Below the pieces are notes generated by a model, which searched no databases, was not told the DNA's origin, and saw only the letters and a list, made by a program, of their open reading frames with translations. A stretch of DNA of 64,000 bases, taken from the NCBI GenBank assembly GCA_963924565.1, contig OZ004615.1:16368001-16432000 (forward strand), in the 5' to 3' direction. The stretch is from Ascidiella aspersa (Eukaryota). Position 1 is the stretch's first letter. Each line of letters opens with the position of its first letter. Shown piece by piece: positions 39,601 to 47,700 of the stretch. Both the position numbers and the translations under genes were made by a program.

Positions 39601-42600
39601 CGATCACGAGTTCAAGGTCGACGGCCTTCTGCCCGAGTCGGCTTACGCGGTCGTGGTGTCAGCGCTGGGCGAAGGCGGCCAACAAGCGTCGAGCGATGTG
39701 ATCGGCTGCAAGACCCCTGGGAAAGGTAAATTACATAACTGTTTTCTACCAACCCGATGGTAGAAAAGCTGATCTTGCAATGCAGGATATTTGCAAGTTG
39801 TGAATACCAGACAATCCAGACATATTTTGTTTGTAATTCAAAATTTCTTAAAAGCGGCACAAGTTTTCTTAAGAACGCTTCTCTTAAAACCGTATTGTTT
39901 TATAAGCTTTTGAACACAAAAGTATATATTAACTATTTTATCGGCGAGTTCAACACATTTCATGAAACGATTATCTAATTTTTAAGCACATATGGCAGAG
40001 CCAAAGAAGTTGACATTCAGCAAGACCCTACAGTGTTAATTAAAACGATATATAAAGCGTCACTCTAGTTGCCCACGCTACGGTTTTTGTCGAAGAGTTT
40101 TTTTTTCGACAACGTTAGACCAAGATGCCAATTGTGTTTCAAACGCAGTTCCTGGACCTCCGAACAGACTTGCCTTCCAAGTACTATCCCCGACCTCGTT
40201 ACATTGCTCGTGGGGTGAACCTGCCGAAACGAACGGGCTTATCACCGGTTACGAAGTACTGTACAGGCCTTCTGGTAAGTGTACCTTTGGAAACATTTTT
40301 ATTATTGTAGGTGGTGTACAGGGAATTTCCTTTTTTGAGTATTGTTATATTACGTGCTTAGGAGATAATGAAACTCGGGATCTAGTAGACATAGCGGTGT
40401 AACCTACGTATTTCCAGGATCGCTCTACAAGCATATTGGAAGGCAGATTATTATTTTACAATAAGTTGTAATTCAGCTGAAGGCTCTGCACCTCTGTTAA
40501 ATATATATTGGTAAAAAAACTGAAGATGATATAAGCTCGTATTGAAATGTCTTAATAAAGATGATGTCGATCAACTCGACCTTATTGGGTTTGCAATTCA
40601 TTATCAAGCTACATTACAGATTCGTACAAAGTGTACCCAAATATTTGTTGGTGTAAAAAATTAATGTAAGGGTTCACCAAAAAACTGAAAAAAACAAATA
40701 ATGTTGTAGATCAAATAAAATAGTTCATTGAAACAACACAAGCTTCTTCACACATTTTCAGTCGGCATACTTCAACTAAATATGTCCTGTTTCGATTGCA
40801 ATAAAATTGCACGAAGCCTTGAGCCACCCTTGACAAACAAAACAACAAAAATACATGTAATCTTCCCAGACGACGACCCCAACAAAGACGAGCCGCCGAT
40901 CATGGTTCGCATCCCAGACGGACACTACCGCTCCTTGCTGGTGGAGGAGCTTCTTCCGGACACCTCGTACGTGTACAGCGTGCGCGCCCAGAACAGGGCC
41001 GGCACCGGGCCGCCCAGGGACGCCACCATGAAGATCGAGAGGGTCGGATCCCGGCCTCCTTCAGGTAATTATGCCGAACCGAGTTTTTGTGGTGTTTGTT
41101 TTATCAGTGCGTTAGCTTTAGTCATCAGTTTTTTTATGTTGGCATATAGGTTTTAATTTTCAAAGGTAAAGATGCAATGAAGTTTGTTTATAGTTATTGT
41201 GTTTTTGGTAAGCGCTGGTCAATTGTCGTTATTTGCCTGGATAAAGCGCTACCTTGATTATCACACTCTCAAAAACGTCGCAAATATAAAAAAAAATCAT
41301 TATGATCAGAATACGCCTCAAATGACTTCATCTAAATTAATAGGTTTAGAGCTTATGGTGAAACTAAATCTTACCTCATGCCTATTTGAGATTTTAAATT
41401 TTAAATGTAGCTTTGTATATGTAAACAATTAATTGAAGATTGTTAACTCACCCTAAACGACAAGCTTTTTGCGCAGCCATCTTTCTGGACGAGGAAAACA
41501 TGAAGGCAGTTCAGGAGCAAATCCGCTTGGAAGAAGCGGTGAGGCTTGCCAACCGAAGCATCAGCAGCAGCAGCGACGGACAGTCGCACGACGGGGGAAC
41601 CAAGGTATATCGAAATCTCTTGCAATGTCATTGTATCACAGGTTGCAGCTGAAATTCAAAACGCGTTGAAAGTGTAAAACAGTTGAAAGCTAAGTATCGA
41701 TAAGTTTTAGAATGGCTGAGAAAACAAACTTAAACCGCAGTGAACCACAGGTTATTTTACGTTCCTATTAAAAACTTGGAAGTTGTAGTATGTTTGACCT
41801 AATTTGTTTGGTGCACACCCGTATAAGTAGCTGCCGTATGTGTGTGTGTGGCAGGATACACTTCTTATATACTCGTCAATATACGCTAGTTAGTCTAGTT
41901 CAGCACTGTTTATAAATGAACTTGATATGCGGCTCACATTGTAAACACATTTCGGCTATGTGATTCTATATTTAGAAAAAAAATTTGCCGACAAAGTTTG
42001 TCAAAATAATTCGTCTAAAAGTTCAAGACGATTTTCAACACTTTAACGCTGTTGAGATCGAAACTTCAAAACAATATCTACAGTTTCTCATAAGGTTTTT
42101 TAATATTTTTGTATGGCAGATAACGACGACAGTTCGTCATGTCGTGCCACAACCGCAAAGTTCAAGCTCTGCGAGCAGCGCGACAAAGACAAGGGTTACG
42201 AGGTAGCTTTGTAATTTTGTGTGTTTATGCCAATTTTCAGGGTCTTGTATAGCTTGTTTTTATGGTTCGATTAGCTAGAAAAAATATATTTCATTTATTT
42301 ATTGAAGTGTTTTTGTTAAAGTCTAAAATAAAATCGGGTATCGCCACCATTTGATTTGTTCCGCAAAAATACAGCCAACAATCTAAACATTTTTGACAAC
42401 CTAAAAGTATAGTACTCCAAGTTCACCAAAAGCACTGGTATAAGTTTTAAAACTTTGCTGAAAGATTTTACGTCGTGCTTAATTTTTGTCGCCCAAAACC
42501 GCCCGAAAATCCATTAACTATTTCCTACATATAAACGCTGGCGTGTGTTACTGCGTTTCGCAGATACATTCACAAAACGGGACAACGGGAGCCGGAGGTT

Positions 42601-44790
42601 GAAACGGCGGAATATGACGGGAGATTGTCGCAAGAAGAACTGGCCAAGCTGGCAGAGGGGAGCCAACGAATCGAGGTAAGACAAAATGCGTCATCTTGCA
42701 TGCTAAATTACTCCCAAACGGCCCGGATCATTTCTAAAACAGGACTGACTACGCAAGATTGCAACTTTAGACTGGCGAAAACATTGCCACAAGTAAACTT
42801 TTCTCACTTCTTTTGACCTCGCTTTCTTTATGCATAACCAGTACCAAGGTACACTGTAAATCATTACCTATATTATATAAAGTATGAAAGTATGTGTTCA
42901 TAAATGACATATTCTAAAAACATACTATCTTGGGTCTATTAGATCGGGCCCAAAATATTTTCCATGCATTCCTATAATTTGCTTTTCGGTCTAATTTAAC
43001 TTTCCTAGCACTTTATTGACATTTCCCTTGTATCGATAAAATGCAAGCGTCTATACTTTCACTGTCGCATGTCTGCCTTTATTCTCGCTCCTTTTCACAT
43101 TTTCAACGCTTCACGCACTTCTTTTATTTCACAGTGCGCTTCGCCTCTTCAGGTAATATGCAACTCTATCTGGCTTGTTGATTCCTTGCTTTTTCTAATG
43201 ACGCATGTTTGATATTACAATGCTTTGCCATTTGCTCACATTTATATTTTCAACCTGGGATGATTGCATGGATTTATTACCGACTTACAACGTTCTATTT
43301 AAATGTCTGAAAAACAAAACATTGTTAATTTCTAAAAAGTGGAATAAAAAAAATATAAATAAAATAAATACCAGTATCGCAAACAAAAAATAAAAAAGCA
43401 AATGTTAATTTATTTTCCTGTTTGCGTGGTAAAGTGGTTTGATATTCGAATACAAATATAGATACCCTTAAAAGCTGTAAAAGTAAAAAAATAACATAGG
43501 AAGATAACACAATATTAACTTCAGGTTAAGCGAGCCAAAAATGTTTTTGTGTAAGTCATATATTAAAAGTAACTCGCGTGAATGTTTCATAATTATTACC
43601 ACGACAAATTTCCACTTTTCTCTGGTTAGTTGCTAAAAACCTGCGTGGTATTCGATAACTAAATCCTGTGGGAATTAATCAAACGGCTTACATATTTAAC
43701 AATGACACGACAAAATACTCCTGGCTATAAACTCATCTGGGGAAACTTTGTGACGTTTGCAATAGAAATACAGGATCAAGGTTGTGTGAGATTTAGCGCC
43801 GCGTAAACCCGGAAATTGCGGTTGTTAACTGAGGTCACTGGCGAGTGGAAAATCCAAGGCGAGCCGGTGTTTTGTTTGCCGCGGTCAGTTATAATTGCAG
43901 AGTAGAGAACTTCGACAATGGCCGGGTTTCGAACAACATATTGGCAGCTGCGCACAATAGTTTGATCTTGACTAAAACTGAGAGCATGTTGAATTGTTGA
44001 TATGTTTTGTTATAAGGATGAGGTGTACAAAATGTGCCTTTGTCGTTTTTGTGACATTTTAATGCAGTAAATAACCCATGATTGCTGAAAAAAACACAAG
44101 TATTTCTGTTTTGCGTAAATTTATTGACTGTCTCTTTGAGGTAATTCGGTAAATGATTTTGTTGCGTTTGTATATACTTTAGATTTTAGAACGATAAGGC
44201 CCGCATGATGAAATATCTTGTGCGACAAACATACAAAATGCCAACAGGGCATACTGCGTTTTACACTTATCTTCAATTAACATAGTAGGATGTAAAAAGT
44301 TATCGACGAGCAATATGAGTCAGTATGATTTGATTGCATGCAACACATCGCATGGCACTCGAACAGGTGCGAAATGTTGACGCTCGTGCAGCTTCCGATG
44401 TTCGTCCTATATACACAAAACTACCGCATAATAGAAACACACCTACATATTCCGCCTCAAGTATTTTCCCGATTTTCGTAGGTCATAACTAATTTATTAT
44501 TTTGCGTTTAGGTGCAAGTGATCTCGTACAACACTTCCAGTAGCGGCTCGAGCATTCCGAGCGGTTACCAGCAGCAGACGCAAATAACCAGCACCGACGG
44601 GGGTTCCCCTGTGATGACGCAACAGCAGCAACAACAGTATCAGCAGCAAGAGGGGCAACCGGGCGGCAACTTCACGTCGTCTTACTCCGCCTACCCCCAG
44701 GAATACGTCAACACTGACGTCAGGAGTGACGTTTCACAGGACACGGCGGTCTATACCGACGTGCAGGAAGAAAAGGACGGGGATGTGGAT
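528..44790 (+). CDS. Giant multi-exon gene (partial at both ends): ~41 Calx-beta repeats + 4 FN3 domains; C-terminal module resembles the integrin beta-4 cytoplasmic tail
   Basis: 48 exons joined by hand at AG/GT sites (one GC donor). All intron phases match and the reading frame stays open for ~5,590 codons. Repeated Calx-beta motif (G.i.F....; V.V.R..G..G.V.V.W/Y.T.DGTA..G.HY....G.L.F..GE..K.I.I.L) and FN3 motifs (W..P...GY.V; L.P.T.Y...V...N..G.G). Confidence 0.92.
1095..1262 (+). CDS. Exon, Calx-beta C-half ([18 protein letters not shown]...)
   Basis: ctag acceptor, gtaggg donor, open frame. Confidence 0.88.
1960..2124 (+). CDS. Exon, Calx-beta N-half (...[14 protein letters not shown])
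   Basis: tttccacag acceptor, gtggga donor. Confidence 0.88.
2445..2806. mobile_element. Non-autonomous hAT-type MITE with internal (GTAATT)n arrays
   Basis: TIR CAGAGTTGGATCAATT...AATTGATCCAACTCTG; perfect 8-bp TSD GTTCTACC (2437-2444 and 2807-2814). Confidence 0.85.
2843..3013 (+). CDS. Exon, Calx-beta C-half ([18 protein letters not shown]...)
   Basis: tttctccag acceptor, gtgagt donor. Confidence 0.88.
3558..3596 (+). CDS. Candidate 39-nt cassette mini-exon ([13 protein letters not shown])
   Basis: tacacag acceptor, cag|gtatta donor, phase 1-1, no stop; GCATG cluster downstream. Confidence 0.55.
4110..4320 (+). repeat. Intronic tandem duplication (~120-bp unit, 2 copies)
   Basis: GATAAAGTAATCAATA...AATTGTACATTCAGTTATTTTCGCCTAATTA occurs twice. 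Confidence 0.75.
4471..4749 (+). CDS. Exon, degenerate Calx-beta N-half with Ser-rich insert
   Basis: tttttccag acceptor, gtaagt donor; ORF 4473-4778. Confidence 0.88.
5206..5370 (+). CDS. Exon, Calx-beta C-half ([15 protein letters not shown]...)
   Basis: cacag acceptor, gtgaga donor. Confidence 0.88.
6007..6147 (+). CDS. Exon, Calx-beta N-half ([14 protein letters not shown]...)
   Basis: ctcag acceptor, gtaaga donor. Confidence 0.88.
6691..6891 (+). CDS. Exon, Calx-beta C-half; ends at a GC donor
   Basis: gtgtag acceptor; AG|GCGAGT donor gives the phase needed by the next exon. Confidence 0.82.
7038..7309. mobile_element. hAT/Charlie-like MITE
   Basis: Ends CAGTGTTTCTCAACC...GGTTGAAAAACACTG; no TSD detectable. 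Confidence 0.65.
7521..7724 (+). CDS. Exon, Calx-beta ([11 protein letters not shown]...)
   Basis: ttcaacag acceptor, gtttgt donor. Confidence 0.88.
8002..8139 (+). CDS. Exon, Calx-beta C-part
   Basis: gcgcag acceptor, gtaagt donor. Confidence 0.87.
8596..8714 (+). CDS. Exon, Calx-beta N-part ([13 protein letters not shown]...)
   Basis: tttcag acceptor, gtaagt donor, phase 1-0. Confidence 0.87.
9090..9223 (+). CDS. Exon, Calx-beta middle ([15 protein letters not shown])
   Basis: AAG acceptor, gtagtt donor, phase 0-2. Confidence 0.8.
9483..9691 (+). CDS. Exon spanning a Calx-beta repeat junction
   Basis: ttttttcag acceptor, gtttgt donor, phase 2-1. Confidence 0.87.
9815..10080. mobile_element. 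hAT/Charlie-like MITE
   Basis: CAGGGTTTCTTAACC...GGTTAAGAATCACTG; 8-bp TSD TTTTAGAT on both sides. Confidence 0.8.
10242..10451 (+). CDS. Exon, Calx-beta C-half ([19 protein letters not shown]...)
   Basis: ccgcag acceptor, gtattt donor. Confidence 0.88.
11028..11224 (+). CDS. Exon, Calx-beta N-half
   Basis: caccag acceptor, gtgagt donor, phase 1-0. Confidence 0.87.
11571..11732. repeat. Foldback repeat family B (other copies ~8245-8330, ~20304-20434, ~40518-40612)
   Basis: Shared GATAATGAATTGCAAA...TCGAGTAGATCGACATCATCTTGATTA motif; palindromic at 11571 and 20304. Confidence 0.75.
11892..12057 (+). CDS. Exon, Calx-beta C-half ([16 protein letters not shown])
   Basis: ctacag acceptor, gtaagt donor. 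Confidence 0.88.
12523..12721 (+). CDS. Exon, Calx-beta (...[10 protein letters not shown]...)
   Basis: tttttttag acceptor, gtttgc donor, phase 1-2. Confidence 0.88.
13260..13396 (+). CDS. Exon, Calx-beta C-part
   Basis: atttcag acceptor, gtaaaa donor. Confidence 0.87.
14048..14104 (+). CDS. 57-nt linker mini-exon ([19 protein letters not shown]), candidate cassette
   Basis: cctgcag acceptor, gtaagt donor, phase 1-1. Confidence 0.7.
15210..15361 (+). CDS. Exon, Calx-beta N-half
   Basis: ccacag acceptor, gtaagt donor. Confidence 0.87.
15714..15814 (+). CDS. Exon, Calx-beta middle ([16 protein letters not shown])
   Basis: ttcgcag acceptor, gtaaga donor. Confidence 0.86.
16146..16321 (+). 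CDS. Exon spanning a Calx-beta repeat junction
   Basis: ttgcag acceptor, gtagga donor. Confidence 0.87.
16800..17236. mobile_element. hAT/Charlie-like MITE (degenerate)
   Basis: CAGTGTTTCGCAACC left end, repeated GCGGCACCC subterminal motifs, right end GGTGAGAACCACAG; partial TSD TTCTA. Confidence 0.55.
17276..17515 (+). CDS. Exon, Calx-beta C-part
   Basis: tcgcag acceptor, gtaagt donor. Confidence 0.88.
18031..18192 (+). CDS. Exon, Calx-beta N-half
   Basis: ttctcag acceptor, gtaata donor. Confidence 0.87.
18261..18431. repeat. Foldback repeat family A (other copies ~12866-13010 and half copy ~38927-38986)
   Basis: TAAGAATATCAAAGC.CATACAGAAGTAGG.ATCATTT arms in inverted orientation; found three times in the window. 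Confidence 0.75.
18733..18906 (+). CDS. Exon, Calx-beta C-half
   Basis: ccccag acceptor, gtacgt donor. Confidence 0.87.
19549..19716 (+). CDS. Exon, Calx-beta N-half
   Basis: AAG acceptor after a pyrimidine tract, gtaaaa donor. Confidence 0.82.
20083..20250 (+). CDS. Exon, Calx-beta C-half ([20 protein letters not shown])
   Basis: gtgcag acceptor, gtaagt donor. Confidence 0.88.
20674..20834 (+). CDS. Exon, FN3 domain A, N-half
   Basis: PPNVVSDF...SW.....[10 protein letters not shown]; cacag acceptor, gtaaaa donor. Confidence 0.88.
21243..21363 (+). CDS. Exon, FN3 domain A, C-half
   Basis: [26 protein letters not shown] (FN3 tyrosine-corner motif). Confidence 0.9.
21807..21993 (+). CDS. 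Exon, degenerate Calx-beta N-half + Ser-rich insert
   Basis: ggcag acceptor, gtgagt donor, phase 1-2. Confidence 0.85.
22663..22946 (+). CDS. Exon, Ser-rich insert + degenerate Calx-beta C-half
   Basis: cgtag acceptor, gtgaga donor, phase 2-1. Confidence 0.85.
23419..23544 (+). CDS. Exon, FN3 domain B, N-half
   Basis: PGRVRKP...[17 protein letters not shown]. Confidence 0.88.
23986..24141 (+). CDS. Exon, FN3 domain B, C-half
   Basis: [22 protein letters not shown]. Confidence 0.88.
24553..24882. mobile_element. hAT-like MITE
   Basis: 8-bp TSD CCCTATAG (24545-24552 and 24883-24890); right end GTTTAAAACCCCTG. Confidence 0.7.
24966..25144 (+). CDS. Exon, Calx-beta N-half + Ser/Asp insert
   Basis: ccgcag acceptor, gtaagt donor, phase 1-0. 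Confidence 0.87.
25154..25601. mobile_element. Nested PIF/Harbinger-like MITEs
   Basis: GGCCCGTTTACACTACAGCTG at 25154 and 25267, inverted copy ending ~25501; outer arms 25177-25246 vs 25533-25601; TAA upstream of 25154. Confidence 0.7.
25729..25924 (+). CDS. Exon, Calx-beta C-half
   Basis: ccgcag acceptor, gtatga donor. Confidence 0.85.
26219..26575 (+). CDS. Exon encoding one complete Calx-beta domain
   Basis: ttttcag acceptor, gtgagg donor, 357 nt, phase 1-1. Confidence 0.87.
27613..36423 (+). CDS. Giant 8,811-nt exon: 24 tandem Calx-beta repeats + poly-Ser and Thr/Gln-rich tail
   Basis: Coding part of ORF 27426-36449; ttttattttcag acceptor, gtaaga donor; ~115-aa repeats with T.DGTA..G.HY and F.DGET.K.I.I.L. 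Confidence 0.93.
28272..31621 (+). repeat. Near-identical internal duplication within the giant exon (28272-29449 vs 30441-31621)
   Basis: Long DNA-level identity with an offset of 2169-2172 nt. Confidence 0.9.
37049..37432 (+). CDS. Exon encoding the last Calx-beta domain (integrin beta-4-like position)
   Basis: cccgcag acceptor, gtttgc donor; [26 protein letters not shown]. Confidence 0.9.
38600..38700 (+). CDS. Exon, FN3 domain C, N-half (like beta-4 FnIII-1)
   Basis: [23 protein letters not shown]; tttcag acceptor, gtaggt donor. Confidence 0.88.
39345..39480. repeat. Inverted repeat with ~33-bp arms (MITE-like)
   Basis: GTCAAAGTCAGTCATTAATAAGTTCTAGTC...GACTAGAACTTATTAATGACTGACTTTGAC. 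Confidence 0.75.
39542..39725 (+). CDS. Exon, FN3 domain C, C-half
   Basis: [21 protein letters not shown]...VIGCKT. Confidence 0.88.
40149..40274 (+). CDS. Exon, FN3 domain D, N-half (like beta-4 FnIII-2)
   Basis: [39 protein letters not shown]. Confidence 0.9.
40870..41064 (+). CDS. Exon, FN3 domain D, C-half
   Basis: [33 protein letters not shown]...RPPS. Confidence 0.9.
41477..41604 (+). CDS. Exon, linker after the FN3 pair (connecting-segment-like)
   Basis: gcgcag acceptor, gtatat donor, phase 1-0. Confidence 0.8.
42120..42202 (+). CDS. Exon, Thr/Ser-rich linker
   Basis: ggcag acceptor, gtagct donor, phase 0-2. Confidence 0.75.
42564..42675 (+). CDS. Exon, linker
   Basis: ttcgcag acceptor, gtaaga donor, phase 2-0. 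Confidence 0.8.
43135..43152 (+). CDS. Candidate 18-nt microexon (CASPLQ)
   Basis: Long pyrimidine tract + cacag acceptor, cag|gtaata donor; phase 0-0 matches both neighbours. Confidence 0.6.
44512..44790 (+). CDS. Last exon found in window: Ser/Gln/Tyr-rich low-complexity segment
   Basis: cgtttag acceptor, strong gtaagt donor; ORF 44512-44817. Confidence 0.82.
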
Positions 44791-47700
44791 GTAAGTTCAA
44801 AAGTGTTTTTTCTGTAATAGTAGTTTCAGTTGAATACAAGGGGTGACTTAATTAAAAGTCAAATTCGTGAACTCCGTCATAACATATTCCTCAAAGGATT
44901 GATAAGAAAAATGTGAAGTTTATGTAACTGTTTTACATATTTTTTCAACGATAGTAAACAACATCCCTCAAACTAAACATTTTAACATGTTTGACTGGAC
45001 AATTTATTGTCAAACAAACCTATAGAAATAGGAGTTCAACTTAGCCATATAGACAGGAGGTGGCCTAGTACGGTTACTGTGTGCTCGGCAGCGCAAGTAA
45101 ATTCGATTTCCCACAATTAAAAGCGTCCAAGATCCACGCGATTCATCATTCCAAAACGCGGCTCCCTTCTAGCTCATCGTGAAAACGCACAGCGGCGGCC
45201 CCACGCGCTATAAAGAGCAGTCCTTACACGTCTCTGTATTAGTGATGTCACCGCACCGAAAAACATTGTTTGCGGTTCGCGCAAAAGTTATGCCCGCTAT
45301 TTTAGGCAGCGTCAGCGAGCGATTTCAACACATAGCTCCACACCTTCCCTTTGGTGAAACCGCAACTAGCGCTTTGAAGAATCGGGCCTCCCAAAGATTC
45401 GGGCCTTTTAATACCGATCTGTGCCACTGGTGATTATTAGGATCCTTTTAAAAAAACGGTACCGGCGATTATCGGGCATTGCTGGAGTGGCGTTCTTGCG
45501 CAAATATTCGTTTTCGGTTGTATTGGAACTGAAAATGGCCAAATATGGGGTCGTCCAATCGCGAGAAAAATCACTTGCAGATCAAACTGAGCGGGGCAGG
45601 TGCATAATTAATGTTGTTGTGATTGGCCTCTAAGCACCGTTGACATAATTCGTTTCTCTATGGTTGCATATCGTATGACAGGGGTGTAATGTCCGTCTTA
45701 ACGAACGATATGAGTTCAAATAGCGAAATATCCAACTAAACAACTAATATTAAATTCTGTTTAAACGTATTTATGATAAAAGATAATTATTTCCCCGACG
45801 CTTTTCCAAACAAAGCTATGAACAATTTCCAAATTGATTACCTATTTTAATTTGCCATCGAATCGTATCGTGTATTGTTTTTATTTTAACCCGGTATTAC
45901 TGTTTCGATATTTAAAGGGTAATGAAATTAATTAATAGTGACACAGGTTATGAGCAATTCCTCCCTTCCATTTTCCATACTATCGTAGTCTTTGAATTTG
46001 AACTCAAGACGTGTCAATTTATAAATAGTTATGGATAGCCCGAGTAACAGCAAATTAATTAGCGCTGACCCGCCCCAATTTCGTGACGCTTTCGCTACAC
46101 CCCGCAAAGCCCGCCCAGGCACTGCGGCTACCTACCGCGATGACTTTTGCATAGCAACGCTATCGCTGGTCGACATATTTATTCTGTGGCCACCAGCTAT
46201 ATCCGCCTTTCCACGACAGAAGGATCGGCATACGTAGGAAGTCACAATTAAGTGCCGCAATCGAAATGATTTGGTGTGCTGTGTGCTTAATGATAGGGAA
46301 GGTGAAAGTCCGATTCCTGTCCAGCACCTTCGATTTGCTTATTGCGAGTTTGCGTTGTGACGATGCACTTTTGCGAGGCATTTCAATGCAAACCGCTTAT
46401 TCTGGCGAGCCCAAGTGGTTGTGTCAGAATTAGGCTTTGATCGAAGGACTGATTTTTTTTCTCGCGAGTATTCGCGTTGCACTTTTTCTGCTTTTAAGCC
46501 ACTGGCCGCCTTAAACGAACATCAATTATACGCATTTTGGAATCTTAAGTGTCGGTTGACAAAGTTGTTTAATTGCCAAACGAGGCAACGGCCGTAGATT
46601 ACTGGATTTGCATTTCCTGGTCTTAAACTAATATGCCGAATATGTGGGCTGCTTGATTGGGAAAAGTTTTAAAGGATTTAAAAGTGATAAACAACATCCG
46701 ATAAAAATATCCGCTTATTTAAAGTAACAATGCTATTTCTTTTTAGTTTTGTTTTGTTCGGCAAGAGACTATGTTTAAAGCATGTTACATCACTAATCCA
46801 ATCCTAAATTTTCGATTGCGTTATTCTTGTGACGTTGCAGTGTACCCCAATGTCAAATTTTGTCAGTCGTTAATTTTGTTGGAGCTTATGTCAAATTTCG
46901 TCAGTCGTTTATTTTAATTAGAACATTTAACTGTTAATTTGTCTTTTTCAAAATGAAAAAACGCAAAACTTGTGTGGTCAAAACTTGCCGGGGGTCTTCA
47001 CTAATGTGATGCAATGCCTCGTTTTAAAAAAAAGTATTTCGTTCTTTGAAAAGAAAATTTTGTTTATAAAGGAAAAATTTAACAAAGCGTTAATACCAAC
47101 GGGAACATCTTTCAAAGCATCTGTTATCTTCGCTTGGTAATTGCGTAATTCGCCGCAATGATGTTGAAATGGCTGGTGTTTGTAAAAAGATGTTGACAAA
47201 GCCGAATTGAATGTCAAAGTTTCATAACAGCTCGTCCGGGTTCGGCTCGACATTTGTCCCAATTTTAGAATCTTTTGTTTGGCGAGTTTTTGTCGTAATG
47301 TCTTACCTAAAGTCCAAAGGTCGTTCTTGAAGGTTGTACGTTTGCACGCACACGGGTATTACACGATAACAAAATTTTAGGTAAACCTGTAACGTTCCAG
47401 TTATCATAAAATTGATTTACTTCTAATCAAACAAGAATATTCCTGATATTGTTGGAACAGGCGCTCAGACGATTCACTTTTGATTGATCAAACGTTTAAT
47501 AACAGGTTACGACAATCACCAAGACTTACCGAACGACCACGACGGAACGAAGGTTGGAGACCACCTCGGGAATGAAAACGGTACTGCTCACCGAAGACGG
47601 GCAGCAGATTGAAAATCAAAGGCACCAGCAGCAGTAACTGCTTGCGATTGGCACGGCTACAAAGGCCGCCAAACCACGCTGGACACAACAACCTGGCCGC

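Noticed and set aside
41065-41156. Hydrophobic TM-like tail [23 protein letters not shown] in ORF 40728-41156
   Set aside because: It lies past a good cag|gtaatt donor in a T-rich intron, which readily yields hydrophobic codons; there is no evidence for intron retention.
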